A stretch of 64,000 nt of DNA from Marsupella aquatica (GCA_973895155.1 OZ316891.1:25171899-25235898); one strand, 5' to 3'; counted from the stretch's first letter, positions 13,109 to 26,242 are shown. Program-made: numbers and translations. Notes: a model not told the origin generated them from the letters alone.

Positions 13109-13483
13109 GAGTAACTGGTGTTGTGTGTATGCTTTGTCTGGGCAAAGGCGCCATTTTAAGGGACGTACCGGGTGCGGACTAATGGTAGGGATTGCCACTC
13201 ATTGCATGTCACAAGGTCCTGTCACGTCGATGGCTTGAAAAGCCCCAAGTCGGGAGTTAGTCCGCGTCACTAACTGAGGGAATATTCCAGTGGTGGAAAA
13301 TAAATATACCTATGTCAAGTACGAATTATGTGAGTGTTATACCAGTAAGTATATCGGCTTAGCCCGACTTAGGGCTATTGAAGGTCACTACACACCTACT
13401 TGCCCGAACCCTCACCCCTACTGGTGGTCGAGGTCGCACCACGACACTAACCTGGATTTAAGGCCCAGGTTAGGGGTGCGACA

Positions 13484-13800
13484 CTTGGAACCAAATCACT
13501 TTCCTGAACACGTCTTCTCACGGGCTCCGGACATGGGGTTGACCTCGTCCTTCGGGGTTCCACAATGACAACATCTGGTTCGCCCGAGCCACGAGAGCCA
13601 TCGGACGACAGATCCACAACTTCAGCATCCTGGCTTTTCAAGTTTGCGTCCCTATTTGCAATCCCCCTGAACTTCCTCTTCTTTGGTCTGGTTACCAAAA
13701 CAATGTCAGGCCGGTGGGAATCTTCTACTACAACATGATGGCCAGCATCGGCCTTCCCGCGTTTCATCTGAACCGTTTCTACATCTCCGCTAAGTGGGTC
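13484..13800 (-). pseudogene. Internal fragment of the Mutator-like transposase gene between two solo LTRs
   Basis: Reads ...FSFADP|LSGDVETVQMKRGKADAG...SDLVP| in frame with the fragments on both sides once the LTRs and one TSD each are removed. Confidence 0.75.
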
Positions 13801-16800
13801 TGTGATGCCTAGACAGGAATCACTCGGCCAGTTAAGTGGGTAAAGCAGGAAGGCACCCTAGGAACACCTTAGTATAGGGACAAAACAAGGAAAATATAAA
13901 CCATTAGGGGCAACCATGGAACCCAGGCCGAGGCCGGAGGTAAGGACGCTGAGGGTGAAAACTCGATTAGGGTTAGGGCGCGTTAAGCGTCGGCGGCTAG
14001 GAAGGATCAACGGGAAGAAGGACCGGCAGAGGAGAGGTGTAAGGAGCGCTTGCAGGAGATGGTGGCTCATTTGCGAGCACGAACCAGGCAGACAACTACG
14101 GGAGGCCAACTACTGTCAGCTGCTTAGGCAAGCACTCGGGGAGAGAGTAGATACCGACGATCGACCTAAGGAGGGTATGAGCAACGTCAATCAAGCGGCA
14201 CATTTCTGGGGATGCCTGTTCGAACGGGCAACTGAGTACATCAAGACTTACGAGGACGAGGAATCAGAAAGGGCAGCTCGAGAATGGCAGGAGCTCGCTC
14301 GATTGTGGGAGCTGCAGAAGACGGCTTTCTTAGGAGGCGAACTCATCAAGGACGAGTTCCTGTGGACGCCTACTTCCAATCAACTCGACGATCTTCTGTT
14401 TTGCAAAGACAGCGTCATCGGCATCCGAGAGGCCATCAAGAACTGCAACGACATACACTGGGAATTAAAGGGTAGCATGGAAAGGTGGACCCAGGCAACG
14501 GTGCTAGGAGAAACCTCCACGGCAGCAGAGATGAAGAGGAAGGGAGCCGTCAACGATGAAGCCACCCCGGCAAAAAGAACGAGGTCGGCGGCACCAAAGA
14601 AGCCAGCCGATCAGCAGAGCAGGAGGCAGGGAGAAGCCGAAGAGGAGGAGGTCGATCCCATCAAGGCCATTCCAACCAGGGATGACACCTGGAAGGGCTG
14701 GGCGGCAACCCTACCGGTGGAGGTGCAACTACATTTTGCACGGGAGGAGGATGCATGCTTCACGGCCATGCAGACCAAGAAGTACCAAGGCTTCATGGCC
14801 GGATCCGGCTTAGAGGCCTTTGTAAGATTACCATGGCTGAAGCCGGAGGTACCGGAGTCAGACCTATTAGAATTCGTGGGGTCATGGGAACCCGAGACCA
14901 ATTGCACGAGGATATATGGGAAGGATTTCTATCTTACTCCCAAGGTAATTGCCGAAGTGTTTGGCTTGCCAATAGGCAATAAGACCAAAGTTGATACCAG
15001 GAAGACCTTGCCTGACAAGGAGTTCCGGTCGTTCCCTGGGCCATCAACGAAGAATGGCTTCTTCCGGAACACCTGCACCAACCCGCACATAGGAGAGATG
15101 ATCGACTTCTTGCGGGTGACCATACATTGTAACTTGCCGAGGGCAGAGATCGGCAAGGCACAGGTCTATCTGGCAGAAAGGCCAGACCCAAGCCGGGACT
15201 ACAACGGGTACCTCCTCAACCAATTGAAGAAGATCTTAAAGGAGGAGCAGCAGGTAATCGGCATGGGGAGCGTGTCGCGGCTTAGCTACCACATGCCGTT
15301 GTTGTGCCGGTATGCCAGAGGTCAGACTTTTGCCCCAGTACTTCCCCTGCAGGTAAGGGCACCCGAGGAAGCTCCAACGCCGAGGCCGTTGGCTGAGAAG
15401 CCTCAACCACCTGTTAGCCCTACGATCGAGCAGGTGTTTAGGCCCAGGAAGGAGGACTTGCCGATGCAGCAACCAGGCATGCAAAGTCTGCTGAAACTAC
15501 TGGAGAAAGAAAAGAAATCGGCATCGGCAACAACAACAACAACGGCAACGGCAACAATGCAGGACACTACTACAGAGGTAGGCCTACACCGGCTCACAAG
15601 AGAAAACCCCTTTGCTGGAGACAAGGAGAGAATCAGACCGGAATCCAAGCCAGGTGTTCGAATGTACGTGGGAATCTCAAGCTCCGAATCTGAGGCAGAA
15701 TTGCCTGAAGCTCCTACCGACGAAGAGGAGAGGGAGAAGCCGGACGTCCAAGAAGTAGAGGAGGCAGTGGAGGACTGCAGCCATGATAATTCCGGCTATG
15801 GGTCGGACCATCACGTTCCAGGAGTAAGGACCTGTGGCCGGTTTGTTCCCACACTTCCAAGGGTAGTGCGAGGGGACCCCAACCAGCAGAGTAGCCCTGA
15901 GTCTCCCCCACCAGATGTTGCTCCCCCGAGCTTCGACGGCATAAAATAGACGGTGCAGGAATTTCAGGAGCGAATCAGGCAGGAAGAGGAGGCAGCCCTG
16001 GCTAGGGAAAAGGATTTACCAGGAGGAGATTGGCCGGAGGACATCAGGCGGCTAGCCAAAAAAGGAAGCAAACCTCTAGCCACGATTGAAGAGATCCGCA
16101 AGACGGCTTGGGAGCAGAGGCCGCGATGGGCGATGCCGATCACTTCTACTTACTCCACCTACGCTAAGAATAGAGCCATGGAGTATGGTGAGATGTGTGG
16201 GGAACTTGCGCTCGGCATCTTTGGAGAGGAGTTGGAGGTAGGACCCTTTTTCCATAGGGAGCAGTTGGAGAAGCACCAATTAGAAGAAGCGGTGGCTTTA
16301 GAGAGAAGCAAGAAGGATGAGGTCATTCGGCGGCTTAGGAGGATGGAAGCCGAGATTGAAAATCTAAGGGCGGCCAAGAAAGCCCAAGATGAACTGCGGA
16401 TTAAACGGCATGAGCTGAACATCATGCAGGGGCAGTTGGACACCGCGCAGGCTGATAATCAGAATATCAAGGATAAACTGACTCAGACGCAGGGAGAATT
16501 GGCCGACACGATCAAAGAGAGGGAGAAGTGGAAGCAAGAGCTGAAGAATACAGAGGAGGCCCACATAACAGCCAATAGCCGGGCCATGGCGGAGACCCAA
16601 AGAAAGGAATGGGCGTTGAAGGGGGAGCTCGAGAAAATCCGCGGAGCCCTTGAGCAGAAGGAGGCCGAGTTAGGGAAATCCTATCAAGGGATTATGGCGC
16701 TACAGCAGGAGCTTGCGTCCCTGACGGCCAGCTTCAAGGCCGACCTAAGGGAGAAGGACAAGATGCTCGATCAGACTTACGCCAAGATGAACCAGATGGA

Positions 16801-18469
16801 GTCTGTCATCATTGCAGAGCTCGACAAGGAGCTACGAGCAACCCGGGAGGAGAGGACTACCTTGAAACAAGAACGGGAGGAAGCCCAGAAGGAACTAGAG
16901 GAGGCACGCAAGGACCTGGATGAGACCCAAGAGGAGTTGGAGGAAATCACGAGGAAGATGGAGAACCTCCAGCGGCGGGCCGACAACCAAACGGAGCGGC
17001 TGAAGAAACAAGCCGCAGTATTTAAGTGCTTGTCTTCATCAGGCCCAACTCCAATTGGGGCAACCAAGTTACCAGGAGTGGTACTGGCCGAAGAAAAAGC
17101 CGCGCCAACTGCACCAGTGCCGAAAGTAAGTGGGAAGGGGAAGGGACCAGCTGCCGAACCAGAAAAGAAGAAAAAGCGGAAACCTTCAGGGTCAAGGAGT
17201 AATCCGACTCCACAAGCCGTGGTGACCAAAGAGGTAGAACCAGCACCATCCTCCGGCATGAATACGGCAATAGATCCCGCTATCATCACAGGTGGGGGTG
17301 GTGCGGCCCAAGCCGAACTACTCAGTAATGAGGCCGGTATTCCAGATCCGCCTCTTGAGCAGGCCGGGGAGACCGTAGCCGAGGCTGAGGCCGTAACCGA
17401 TTCCCGAGCCGATGCCGACGCCGATGGTGGACCCAGTCAGGCCGATGGAGAGTTGACTCAGTCAAGGGCAGGTAATCTGTCAAGGAATGAGCCTACGGCA
17501 GTGGCTGAGGAGGAAGCGTTGGGGGCGTCCATTAAGGATCCACCACCGGTGTCGTGACGGTGCAAGGGCGCCGTTCCTTTTAGGGAGGGCGGACGTGGAG
17601 GGAGGAGGCGTGAGTGGGCAGGGCGGGCACGGATCTCCAAGTTTAGGATTAGGATCAGGACCAGGAGCGGCCCTGACACTTAGCTTAGTGGGATTGCGGT
17701 CCCACTGGTAGGAGCAACACTTGTGCTCCTGCCTTGCTGTACATAGGTAGATTCGGGCAAGTAGATTACTGTTAAGTAGATTAGGCTTATGATGCAAAGA
17801 ATGGCGGATCCACTACCAGGATAAGTACCTGGGCAGCGGGGAGCTCAGGGCCTCTTCTTTAGCAAGTTTTTAGTTTGCACCAGCCGGGCTGGGATCAAGT
17901 AGTACGAGAAGCTCTCGGTTAGTCATACAGTGACCCTTGTGTATATTCATGTTTCCTCATGCCTAAGAGCTGAATAGAGTTGGCCTCACGGCTTAGTTCG
18001 CAGAACTTGTGTATGAGATGTACTGTTTGTATGGCAAGTGCATGGTATGACTCAGTCAGAATGAGTCATTTTACTATTTGTGTGTCGCATTAACTTGTGT
18101 GAAGAGTGCCCACATCAACCAGAAGGAAGGAAAGTAAGCAGGGGAGTGAGAGTTGGATGTGTCAAGCTGAGAGAGGTCTTAGCGGCTTAACCAAGCCTAT
18201 TGGGGATCATTCCGGTGGCGGAATCCAAACATACCTAACAAGACGGAGGGGAAGACAGGAGAAGGCCTAGATTAGGCCGGCTACGTATCTCATGACCCGA
18301 TGAAGGATCTGTCCAGTATATGTGTGTAAAATGTTAATAGTAGTAGTAGAAGGTTAGCAGCGTCCCATGCCGCTAAGCCGCGGAAACGGCCTCGCCAAGC
18401 GCGAAACCCGCGGGAATCGGCTTGAGCTGGGGGGTTTCTTGGGTTTAGGGAGCCATGGGACGCACCACA
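13801..18469 (+). mobile_element. Solo LTR, family A (4669 bp), inserted in the transposase gene
   Basis: TG...CA termini identical to the other A copies; TSD GGGTC (13796-13800, 18470-18474). Confidence 0.95.
13916..17557 (+). pseudogene. LTR-A-encoded protein, one premature stop, divergent C-terminus
   Basis: ORFs 13916..15949 and 15953..17557 are in frame. TAG at 15947 corresponds to CAG in the other copies. Confidence 0.85.
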
Positions 18470-20503
18470 GGGTCCGCAAATGAGAACTCACGCAAGTGTG
18501 GTTGAGTTACAGCGGTGTTCAATTTTGGAAAGAAAGATTCTACATTCCCAACGGCAGTAGCATCTTGAAGTCGAAGTTCAAACAAGCTCGGTCCCCGTCC
18601 TTTCCTCCCACTAAGTTTGTAGTTCTTCAAAGCTCCATTCTGGCTCAACGCGCGAGATGCATCCAGGGTACAAGATTGTACTAACCCAACCTTTGTACTA
18701 GATGAGGATTTACGCACAGATGTGTGTACCGACTCTGCCCCGCTGTGGTTAGGCATGAGTGCTGCCTTTTCTATGTCCATCTCTTGCAATATTGTTCCAG
18801 AAAACATATCAATTTTGGTCATTTGTTATGTCTAGGCAACAGACAAAATAGGTGTATCCGAGCGTATCTCGGAGAGCTTCGCCGAGATCCGACGTGTTGA
18901 CGGATATCATGCATAGGGAGGGAAAGTGTTAAGACACTTACGAGTCTCAAAAAGTTTCCCCATTGAGAAAACCGAACAATCCACCAAGACATCCACGTGG
19001 TGAGCTCCTTTGCTTTTCCTGGTAGCGCATTGCCCTCATTCCACCACGTTTTCAGCTTCTCAAAAACTCGATAGGCAAGAACTATATTACCGGCGTGCCA
19101 AAGTGAATCCAACAATTCTTTATGCTTGAATCTCTTACTTGGGACAATGTGCTTCTGCATTCTCTGTACTGATTGGGCCCAGTGAAATGCATCAGACCTC
19201 TCTCTATGGGAATTTACCTTTCCATCCCAAAATTCATTGCGGATCACATTCCACCCAACAGCAGCATTATCAGCCATAAATCCACAAAATTGCACATTCT
19301 TCAGCCCATGTTCTTCACATACCCTCCTCATGACCTTCCATGCAGTTTGCAATGACTTGTTGTCTTTTGAAACTAGCTCACAGACAAAGATTGTGCATAA
19401 GCCTCGATAGAAATGGTCATATACGTGTGCAGACATAGTGCACCATCTATTGTCAAGTATGCGGTGCATGACATCAGACATCACCCAAGAATGCTCAAGA
19501 TCCCCTCCTGGCTGCATTCTTCGAACAAGGTCCACTCCTGACCCGGGACCTTCTGTACTCATTTTAAAAATGTGCGGCCGCTCATTTGTTCCCACGTTTT
19601 GGGCTGGGAACAAAACACTTTGGATAAAAGGAAATGCAGTCTGCTTCCGCATCTCTAGTATCATGCTTACATCAGACGACACATGAGAGTATCTCTTGAT
19701 GCTCCTGATCATCGAGCAAAAAACAGATTCGTCGCCCAGAATGCCCAACATTTCATCAAGGTCGTTTGCCTCCTCAGTGGTGACCATCTCAGCCACTGGG
19801 TCCTCAAAAATATCTTTAAGTTTTTGTACTGCTTCGACCTTGATCACAGACGGCCGTGCAGTAGGACTCCTCTTCAGTTCCTCCTCCACAAGATTACGCA
19901 CAAGTGATCGTTGATCTTTGTTGTGCGTGAACATTGCGGGATGGGTGTGATTTCCAACATGCATGGCAACACGAGACTTGTGACAGTAATTAAGGTCGTC
20001 CTTGGTTGGAGTGATGTAGTACATCTCACTTGGGCATCCAGCTATACACGTAGAGGCCTCCTGCAGAAGCTACAAATTACACTTGATGGGGGAACGTCGC
20101 ATCCAACAGGGAAAGGCAGCTCATTTGTGCCTGCTCGATCTCGGGTCCACTTTGCAGAATTGTGCTCTTTACGCTCTTCAAAATTCTCACAATCCCTATG
20201 CATACAACGCAGAGAACCCAAACACTTCACAGTTTGGATCTTGTAAGAGTGACTGTTGTTGTTTAGCTTTGGGCCGATATTTGCTCCTGTCTCAATCAAC
20301 CTGCTCCACATGTAACAATCATTCTTTTGCTCCATGCCCAAAAAGAAACACCCCTTCGAGTATGGACCTGTAAAAGGTGGCAACTCAAAAACATGGTCTC
20401 CATCATACACTTCTGGTAATCGTTGAACTCTCTCCGGCAATTTTGTGCTCAAAATCTTACGAGCAGCTTGTACACATCGAGAGGTCCCTTTCCCGTGTAG
20501 CAT
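18470..20503 (-). pseudogene. Core of the Mutator-like (MULE) DDE transposase with an N-terminal WRKY/GCM-type Zn-finger
   Basis: Zn-ligand-like region RCMHRDC...CSFC...CPSEMYYI...HVGNHTHP (1-bp frameshift near 20050). Candidate catalytic residues WVMSD, FMADNA, xxHW (DAFHW) and AESVH. Intron donor GTAAGT at 18941. Confidence 0.65.
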
Positions 20504-20675
20504 GGCATGAACAACACTGACAAGGAACTCATCCTTCCATACTGAATTGCCTTCTTGAAGACCCTCTCTGAGAAGGAATGCCTTTGATCGAGGTGTCTCC
20601 TTTGGTGGAGTATAAGCAGCTCCTCGATCCTCCCAAAATTGGGATGATGTAGACTCGGGTGTATTCGTCCGAGAA

Positions 20676-21130
20676 GGTTCACCATCTTGAAGACCCCCTC
20701 TGAGATTGAATGCACTTGATCAAGATTTCTCTTTCACTGGTGTATCACCATCTCCAAGATTCTCCCACATTTGGAATGAATTGGACCTAGGTGTACTTGT
20801 CCGAGGAGGTTCACCATCTCGAAGACCCCCTCTAACATTAAATGCACTTGATCGAGGTTTCTCTTTCACTAGTGTATCACCATCTCCAAGATCCTCCCAC
20901 ATTTGGAATGAATTGGACCCAGGTGTACTTGTCCGAGGAGGTTCACCATCTCGAAGACCCCCTCTGAGATTGAATGCACTTGATCGACATTTCTCCTTCA
21001 CTGGTGTATCCACATCTCCAACATCTTCCCACATATGGAATGAATTTGACCGAGGTGTACTCAATCGAGAAGGTTCACCATGTCAAAGACCCCCTCTGAG
21101 ATTGATTGCGCTGGGTCGAGGTGTCTCCTT
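20676..21130. repeat. 132-bp tandem repeat (~3.5 copies; 44 codons) in the 5' part of the transposase gene
   Basis: GGTTCACCATC/TG anchors at 20676, 20808, 20940 and 21072. Confidence 0.9.
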
Positions 21131-21442
21131 CACTGGCTCATCTGCCTCTCCAACATCCTGCCACACTGGCGACGAATTTGAGTGGGGTCTACCAACTCGG
21201 TGAATGTCCTCCCAAAATTGGGATGATTTTTGACACGGTGTATTGTTCCATAATTCACTCGGTTCATCAATCTATGGGGAGTGCGCAAAATCTCCAAGAC
21301 CCTCACTAACATTGCATGAACTTGCTTTCTTTTTGCAGATAGTATAGGACACGCCACATTTTAGATACCACTCTCGCTCATCTCCATCGCCTTTGGATTC
21401 AGCAGAAGTGGACAGCCCATCTTCTCTCTCCTCGTAAATCAT

Positions 21443-24400
21443 TGTGGTGCGTCCCATGGCTCCCTAAACCCAAGAAACCCCCCAGCTCAAGCCGATTCCC
21501 GCAGGTTTCGTGCTTGGCGAGGCCGTTTCCGCGGCTTAGCGGCATGGGACGCTGCTAACCTTCTACTACTACTATTAACATTTTACACACATTGTGGTGC
21601 GTCCCATGGCTCCCTAAACCCAAGAAACCCCCCAGCTCAAGCCGATTCCCGCAGGTTTCGTGCTTGGCGAGGTCGTTTCCGCGGCTTAGCGGCATGGGAC
21701 GCTGCTAACCTTCTACTACTACTATTAACATTTTACACACATATACTGGACAGATCCTTCATCGGGTCATGAGATACGTAGCCGGCCTAATCTAGGCCTT
21801 CTCCTGTCTTCCCCTCCGTCTTGTTAGGTATGTTTGGATTCCGCCACCGGAATGATCCCCAATAGGCTTGGTTAAGCCGCTAAGACCTCTCTCAGCTCGA
21901 CACATCCAACTCTCACTCCCCTGCTTACTTTCCTTCCTTTTGTTGATGTGGGCACTCTTCACACAAGTTAATGCGACACACAAATAGCAAAATGACTCAT
22001 TCTGACTGAGTCATACCATGCACTTGCCATACAAACAGTACATCTCATACACAAGTTCTACGAACTAAGCCGTGAGGCCAACTCTATTCAGCTCTTAGGC
22101 ATGAGGAAACATGAATATACACAAGGGTCACTGTATGACTAACCGAGAGCTTCTCGTACTACTTGATCCCAGCCCGGCTGGTGCAAACTAAAAACTTGCT
22201 AAAGAAGAGGCCCTGAGCTCCCCGCTGCCCAGGTACTTATCCTGGTAGTGGATCCGTCATTCTTTGCATCGTAAGCCTAATCTACTTAACAGTAATCTAC
22301 TTGCCCGAATCTACCTATGTACAGCAAGGCAGGAGCACAAGTGTTGCTCCTACCAGTGGGACCGCAATCCCACTAAGCTAAGTGTCAGGGCCGCTCCTGG
22401 TTCTGATCCTAATCCTAAACGTGGAGATCCGCGCCCGCCCTGCCCACTCACGCCTCCTCCCTCCACTTCCGCCCTCCCTAAAAGGAACGACGCCCTTGCA
22501 CCGTCACGACACCGGTGGTGGATCCTCAATGGACGCCCCCAACACTTCCTCCTCAGCCACTACCGTTGGCCCGCCTACTGACAGATTACCTGCCCTTGAC
22601 CAAGTCAACTCTCCATCGGCCTGACTGGGTCCACCTTCGGCTTCAGCCTCGACACCGGCCTCGGCAATACCCACGGCTTCGGCCTCAGCCACTCCCACGG
22701 CTTCGGCTTCAGCCACTCCCTCGGCTTCGGCCTCCCCTTCCCCTAGGGTAGTTGGATCCTTAGCCGTGACCCTGTCTGGGGTCGGTGCTGGGTCTACCTC
22801 CTTGATCACCACGGCCTATGAAGTCGTATTACTCCTTGACCCTGAAGGTTTCCGCTTCTTCTTCGTTGGTGGCTCGGCAGCTGGTCCCTTCCCCTTCCCA
22901 CTTACTTCCGGCACTGGTGCAGTTGGCGCGGCTTGTCCTTCGGCAATTACCACCCCTGGTAACTGGTTTGTCCCAATGGGAGATGGACCTGTTGCAGCTA
23001 AGCATTTAAATACTGCGGCTTGTTTCTTCAGCCGCTCTGTTTGGTTGTCGGCCCGCCGCTGTAGGTTCTCCATCTTCCTCGTGATTTCCTCCAACTCCTC
23101 TTGGGTTTCATCCAGGTCCTTACGTGCCCCCTCCAGCTCATTTTTGGCCTCCTCCTGCTCCCTGTGGGCTTCCTCCAATTTCTTCTTCAAGGTAGCCCTC
23201 TCCTCCCGGGTTGCTCTTAGCTCCTTGTCGAGCTCTGCAATGATGACAGACTCCATCTGGTTCATCTTGGCGTAAGTCTGTTCGAGCATCTCGTCCTTCT
23301 CCCTTAGGTCGGCCTTGAAGCTGGCCGTCAGGGACGCAAGCTCTTGCTGCAGCGCCATAATCCCTTGATAGGATTTCCCTAACTCGACCTCCTTCTGCTC
23401 AAGGGCTCCGCAGATTTTCTCGAGCTCCCCTTTCAACGCCCATTCCTTTCTTTGGGTCTCCGCCATGGCCCGGCTGTTGGCTGTTATGTGGGCCTCCTCT
23501 GTATTCTTCAGCTCTTGCTTCCACTTCTCCCTCTCTTTGATCGTGTCGGCCAACTCTTCCTGCGTCTGAGTCAGTTTATCCTTGATATTCTGATTATCAG
23601 CCTGCGCGGTGTCCAACTGCCCCTGCATGATGTTCAGCTCATGTCGTTTAATCCGCAGTTCATCTTGGGCTTTCTTGGCCGCCCTTAGATCTTCAATCTC
23701 GGCTTCCATCCTCCTAAGCCGTCGAATGACCTCGTCCTTCTTGCTTCTCTCTAAAGCCACCGCTTCTTCTAATTGGTGCTTCTCCAACTGCTCCCTATGG
23801 AAAAAGGGTCCTACCTCCAACTCCTCTCCAAAGATGCCGAGCGCAAGTTCCCCACACATCTCACCATACTCCATGGCTCTATTCTTAGCGTAGGTGGAGT
23901 AAGTAGAAGTGATCGGCATCGCCCATCGTGGCCTCTGCTCCCAAGCCGTCCTGCGGATCTCTTCAATCGTGGCTAGAGGTTTGCTTCCTTTTTTGGCTAG
24001 CCGCCTGATGTCCTCCGGCCAATCTCCTCCTGGTAAATCCTTTTCCTTAGCCAGGGCGGCCTCCTCCTCCTTCTTGATTCGCTCCTAAAATTCCTGCACC
24101 GTCTGTTTTATGCCGTCGAAGCTCGGGGGAGCAACATCTGGTGGGGGAGACTCAGGGCTACTCTGCTGGTTGGGGTCCCCTCGCACTACCCTTGGAAGTG
24201 TGGGGACAAACCGGCCACAGGTCCTTACTCCTGGAACGTGATGGTCCGACCCATAGCCGGAATTATCATGGCTGCAGTCCTCCACTGCCTCCTCTACCTC
24301 TTGGACGTCCGGCTTCTCCCTCTCCTCTTCGTCGGTAGGAGCTTCAGGCAATTCTGCCTCAGATTCGGAGCTTGAGGTTCCCACGTACATTCGAACACCT

Positions 24401-26242
24401 GGCTTGGATTCCGGCCTGATTCTCTCCTTGTCTCCAGCAAAGGGGTTTTCTCTTGTGAGCCGGTGTAGGCCTACCTCTGTAGTAGTGTCCTGCATTGTTG
24501 CCGTTGCCGTTGTTGTTGCCGATGCCGATTTCTTTTCTTTCTCCAGTAGTTTCAGCAGACTCTGCATGCCTGGTTGCTGCATCGGCAAGTCTTCCTTCCT
24601 GGGCCTAAACACCTGCTCGATCGTAGGACTAACAGGTGGTTGAGGCTTCTCAGCCAACGGCCTCGGCGTTGGAGCTTCCTCGGGTGCCCTTACCTGCAGG
24701 GGAAGTACCGGGGCAAAAGTCTGACCTCTGGCATACCGGCACAACAGCGGCATGTGATAGCCAAGCCGCGACACGCTCCCCATGCCGATTACCTGCTGCT
24801 CCTCCTTTAAGATCTTCTTCAATTGGTTGAGGAGGTACCCATTGTAGTCCCGGCTTGGGTCTGGCCTTTCTGCCAGATAGACCTGTGCCTTGCCGATCTC
24901 TGCCCTCGGCAAGTTACAATGCATGGTCACCCGCAAGAAGTCGATCATCTCTCCTATGTGCGGGTTGGTGCAGGTGTTCCGGAAGAAGCCATTCTTCGTT
25001 GATGGCCCGGGGAACGACCGGAACTCCTTGTCAGGCAGGGTCTTCCTGGTATCAACTTTGGTCTTATTGCCTATCGGCAAGCCAAACACTTCGGCAATTA
25101 CCTTGGGAGTAAGATAGAAATCCTTCCCATATATCCTCGTGCAATTGGTCTCGGGTTCCCATGACCCCACGAATTCTAATAGGTCTGACTCCGGTACCTC
25201 CGGCTTCAGCCATGGTAATCTTACAAAGGCCTCCAAGCCGGATCCGGCCATGAAGCCTTGGTACTTCTTGGTCTGCATGGCCGTAAAGCATGCATCCTCC
25301 TCCCGTGCAAAATGTAGTTGCACCTCCACCGGTAGGGTTGCCGCCCAGCCCTTCCAGGTGTCATCCCTGGTTGGAATGGCCTTGATGGGATCGACCTCCT
25401 CCTCTTCGGCTTCTCCCTGCCTCCTGCTCTGCTGCTCGGCTGGCTTCTTTGGTGCCGCCGACCTCGTTCTTTTTGCCGGGGTGGCTTCATCGTTGACGGC
25501 TCCCTTCCTCTTCATCTCTGCTGCCGTGGAGGTTTCTCCTAGCACCGTTGCCTGGGTCCACCTTTCCGTGCTACCCTTTAATTCCCAGTGTATGTCGTTG
25601 CAGTTCTTGATGGCCTCTCGGATGCCGACGACGCTGTCTTTGCAAAACAGAAGATCGTCGAGTTGATTGGAAGTAGGCATCCACAGGAACTCGTCCTTGA
25701 TGAGTTTGCCTCCTAAGAAAGCCGTCTTCTGCAGCTCCCACAATCGAGCGAGCTCCTGCCGTTCTCGAGCTGCCCTTTCTGACTCCTCGTCCTCGTAAGT
25801 CTTGATGTACTCAGTTGCCCGTTCGAACAGGCATCCCCAGAAATGTGCCGCTTGATTGACGTTGCTCATACCCTCCTTAGGTCGATCGTCGGTATCTACT
25901 CTCTCCCCGAGTGCTTGCCTAAGCAGCTGACAGTAGTTGGCCTCCCATAGTCGTCTGCCTAGTTCGTGCTCGTAAATGAGCCACCATCTCTTGCAAGCGC
26001 TCCTTACCCCTCTCCTTTGCCGGTCCTTCTTCCCGTTGATCCTTCCTAGCCGCCGACGCTTAACGCGCCCTAACCCTAATCGGGTTTTCACCCTCAGCCT
26101 TACCTCCGGCCTCGGCCCGGGTTCCATGGTTGCCCCTAATTGTTTATATTTTCCTTGTTTTGTCACTATACTAAGGTGTTCCTAGGGTGCCTTCCTGCTT
26201 TACCCACTTAACCGGCCGAGTGATTCCTGTCTAGGCATCACA
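21443..26242 (-). repeat. 3' LTR of the full element, including a 150-bp tandem duplication of its terminus
   Basis: The LTR end TGTGGTGCGTCCC occurs at both 21443 and 21593. The LTR start (...GGCATCACA) is at 26242. Confidence 0.95.
22504..26127 (-). pseudogene. LTR-A-encoded protein in the 3' LTR, two premature stops
   Basis: In-frame ORFs 24085..26166, 22816..23919 and 22504..22812; TAG stops at 24085 and 22816. Confidence 0.85.

Larger units (their letters stand above)
1606..13483 (+). mobile_element. Solo LTR, family B (~3.8 kb net of nested insertions), carrying a large ORF
   Basis: Starts TGTGACAC and ends GTGCGACA. Flanked by 5-bp TSD CTTGG (1601-1605, 13484-13488). The host reading frame is restored on excision. 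No gag or pol inside. Confidence 0.85.

Noticed and set aside
4627-18469. The two plus-strand LTR-A copies as the LTR pair of one element
   Set aside because: Different TSDs flank each, and there is no PBS, gag or pol between them.
13801-26242. Opposed LTR-A copies as giant TIRs of one element around the transposase
   Set aside because: Each has its own TSD (GGGTC; ATCAT), so they are independent insertions.
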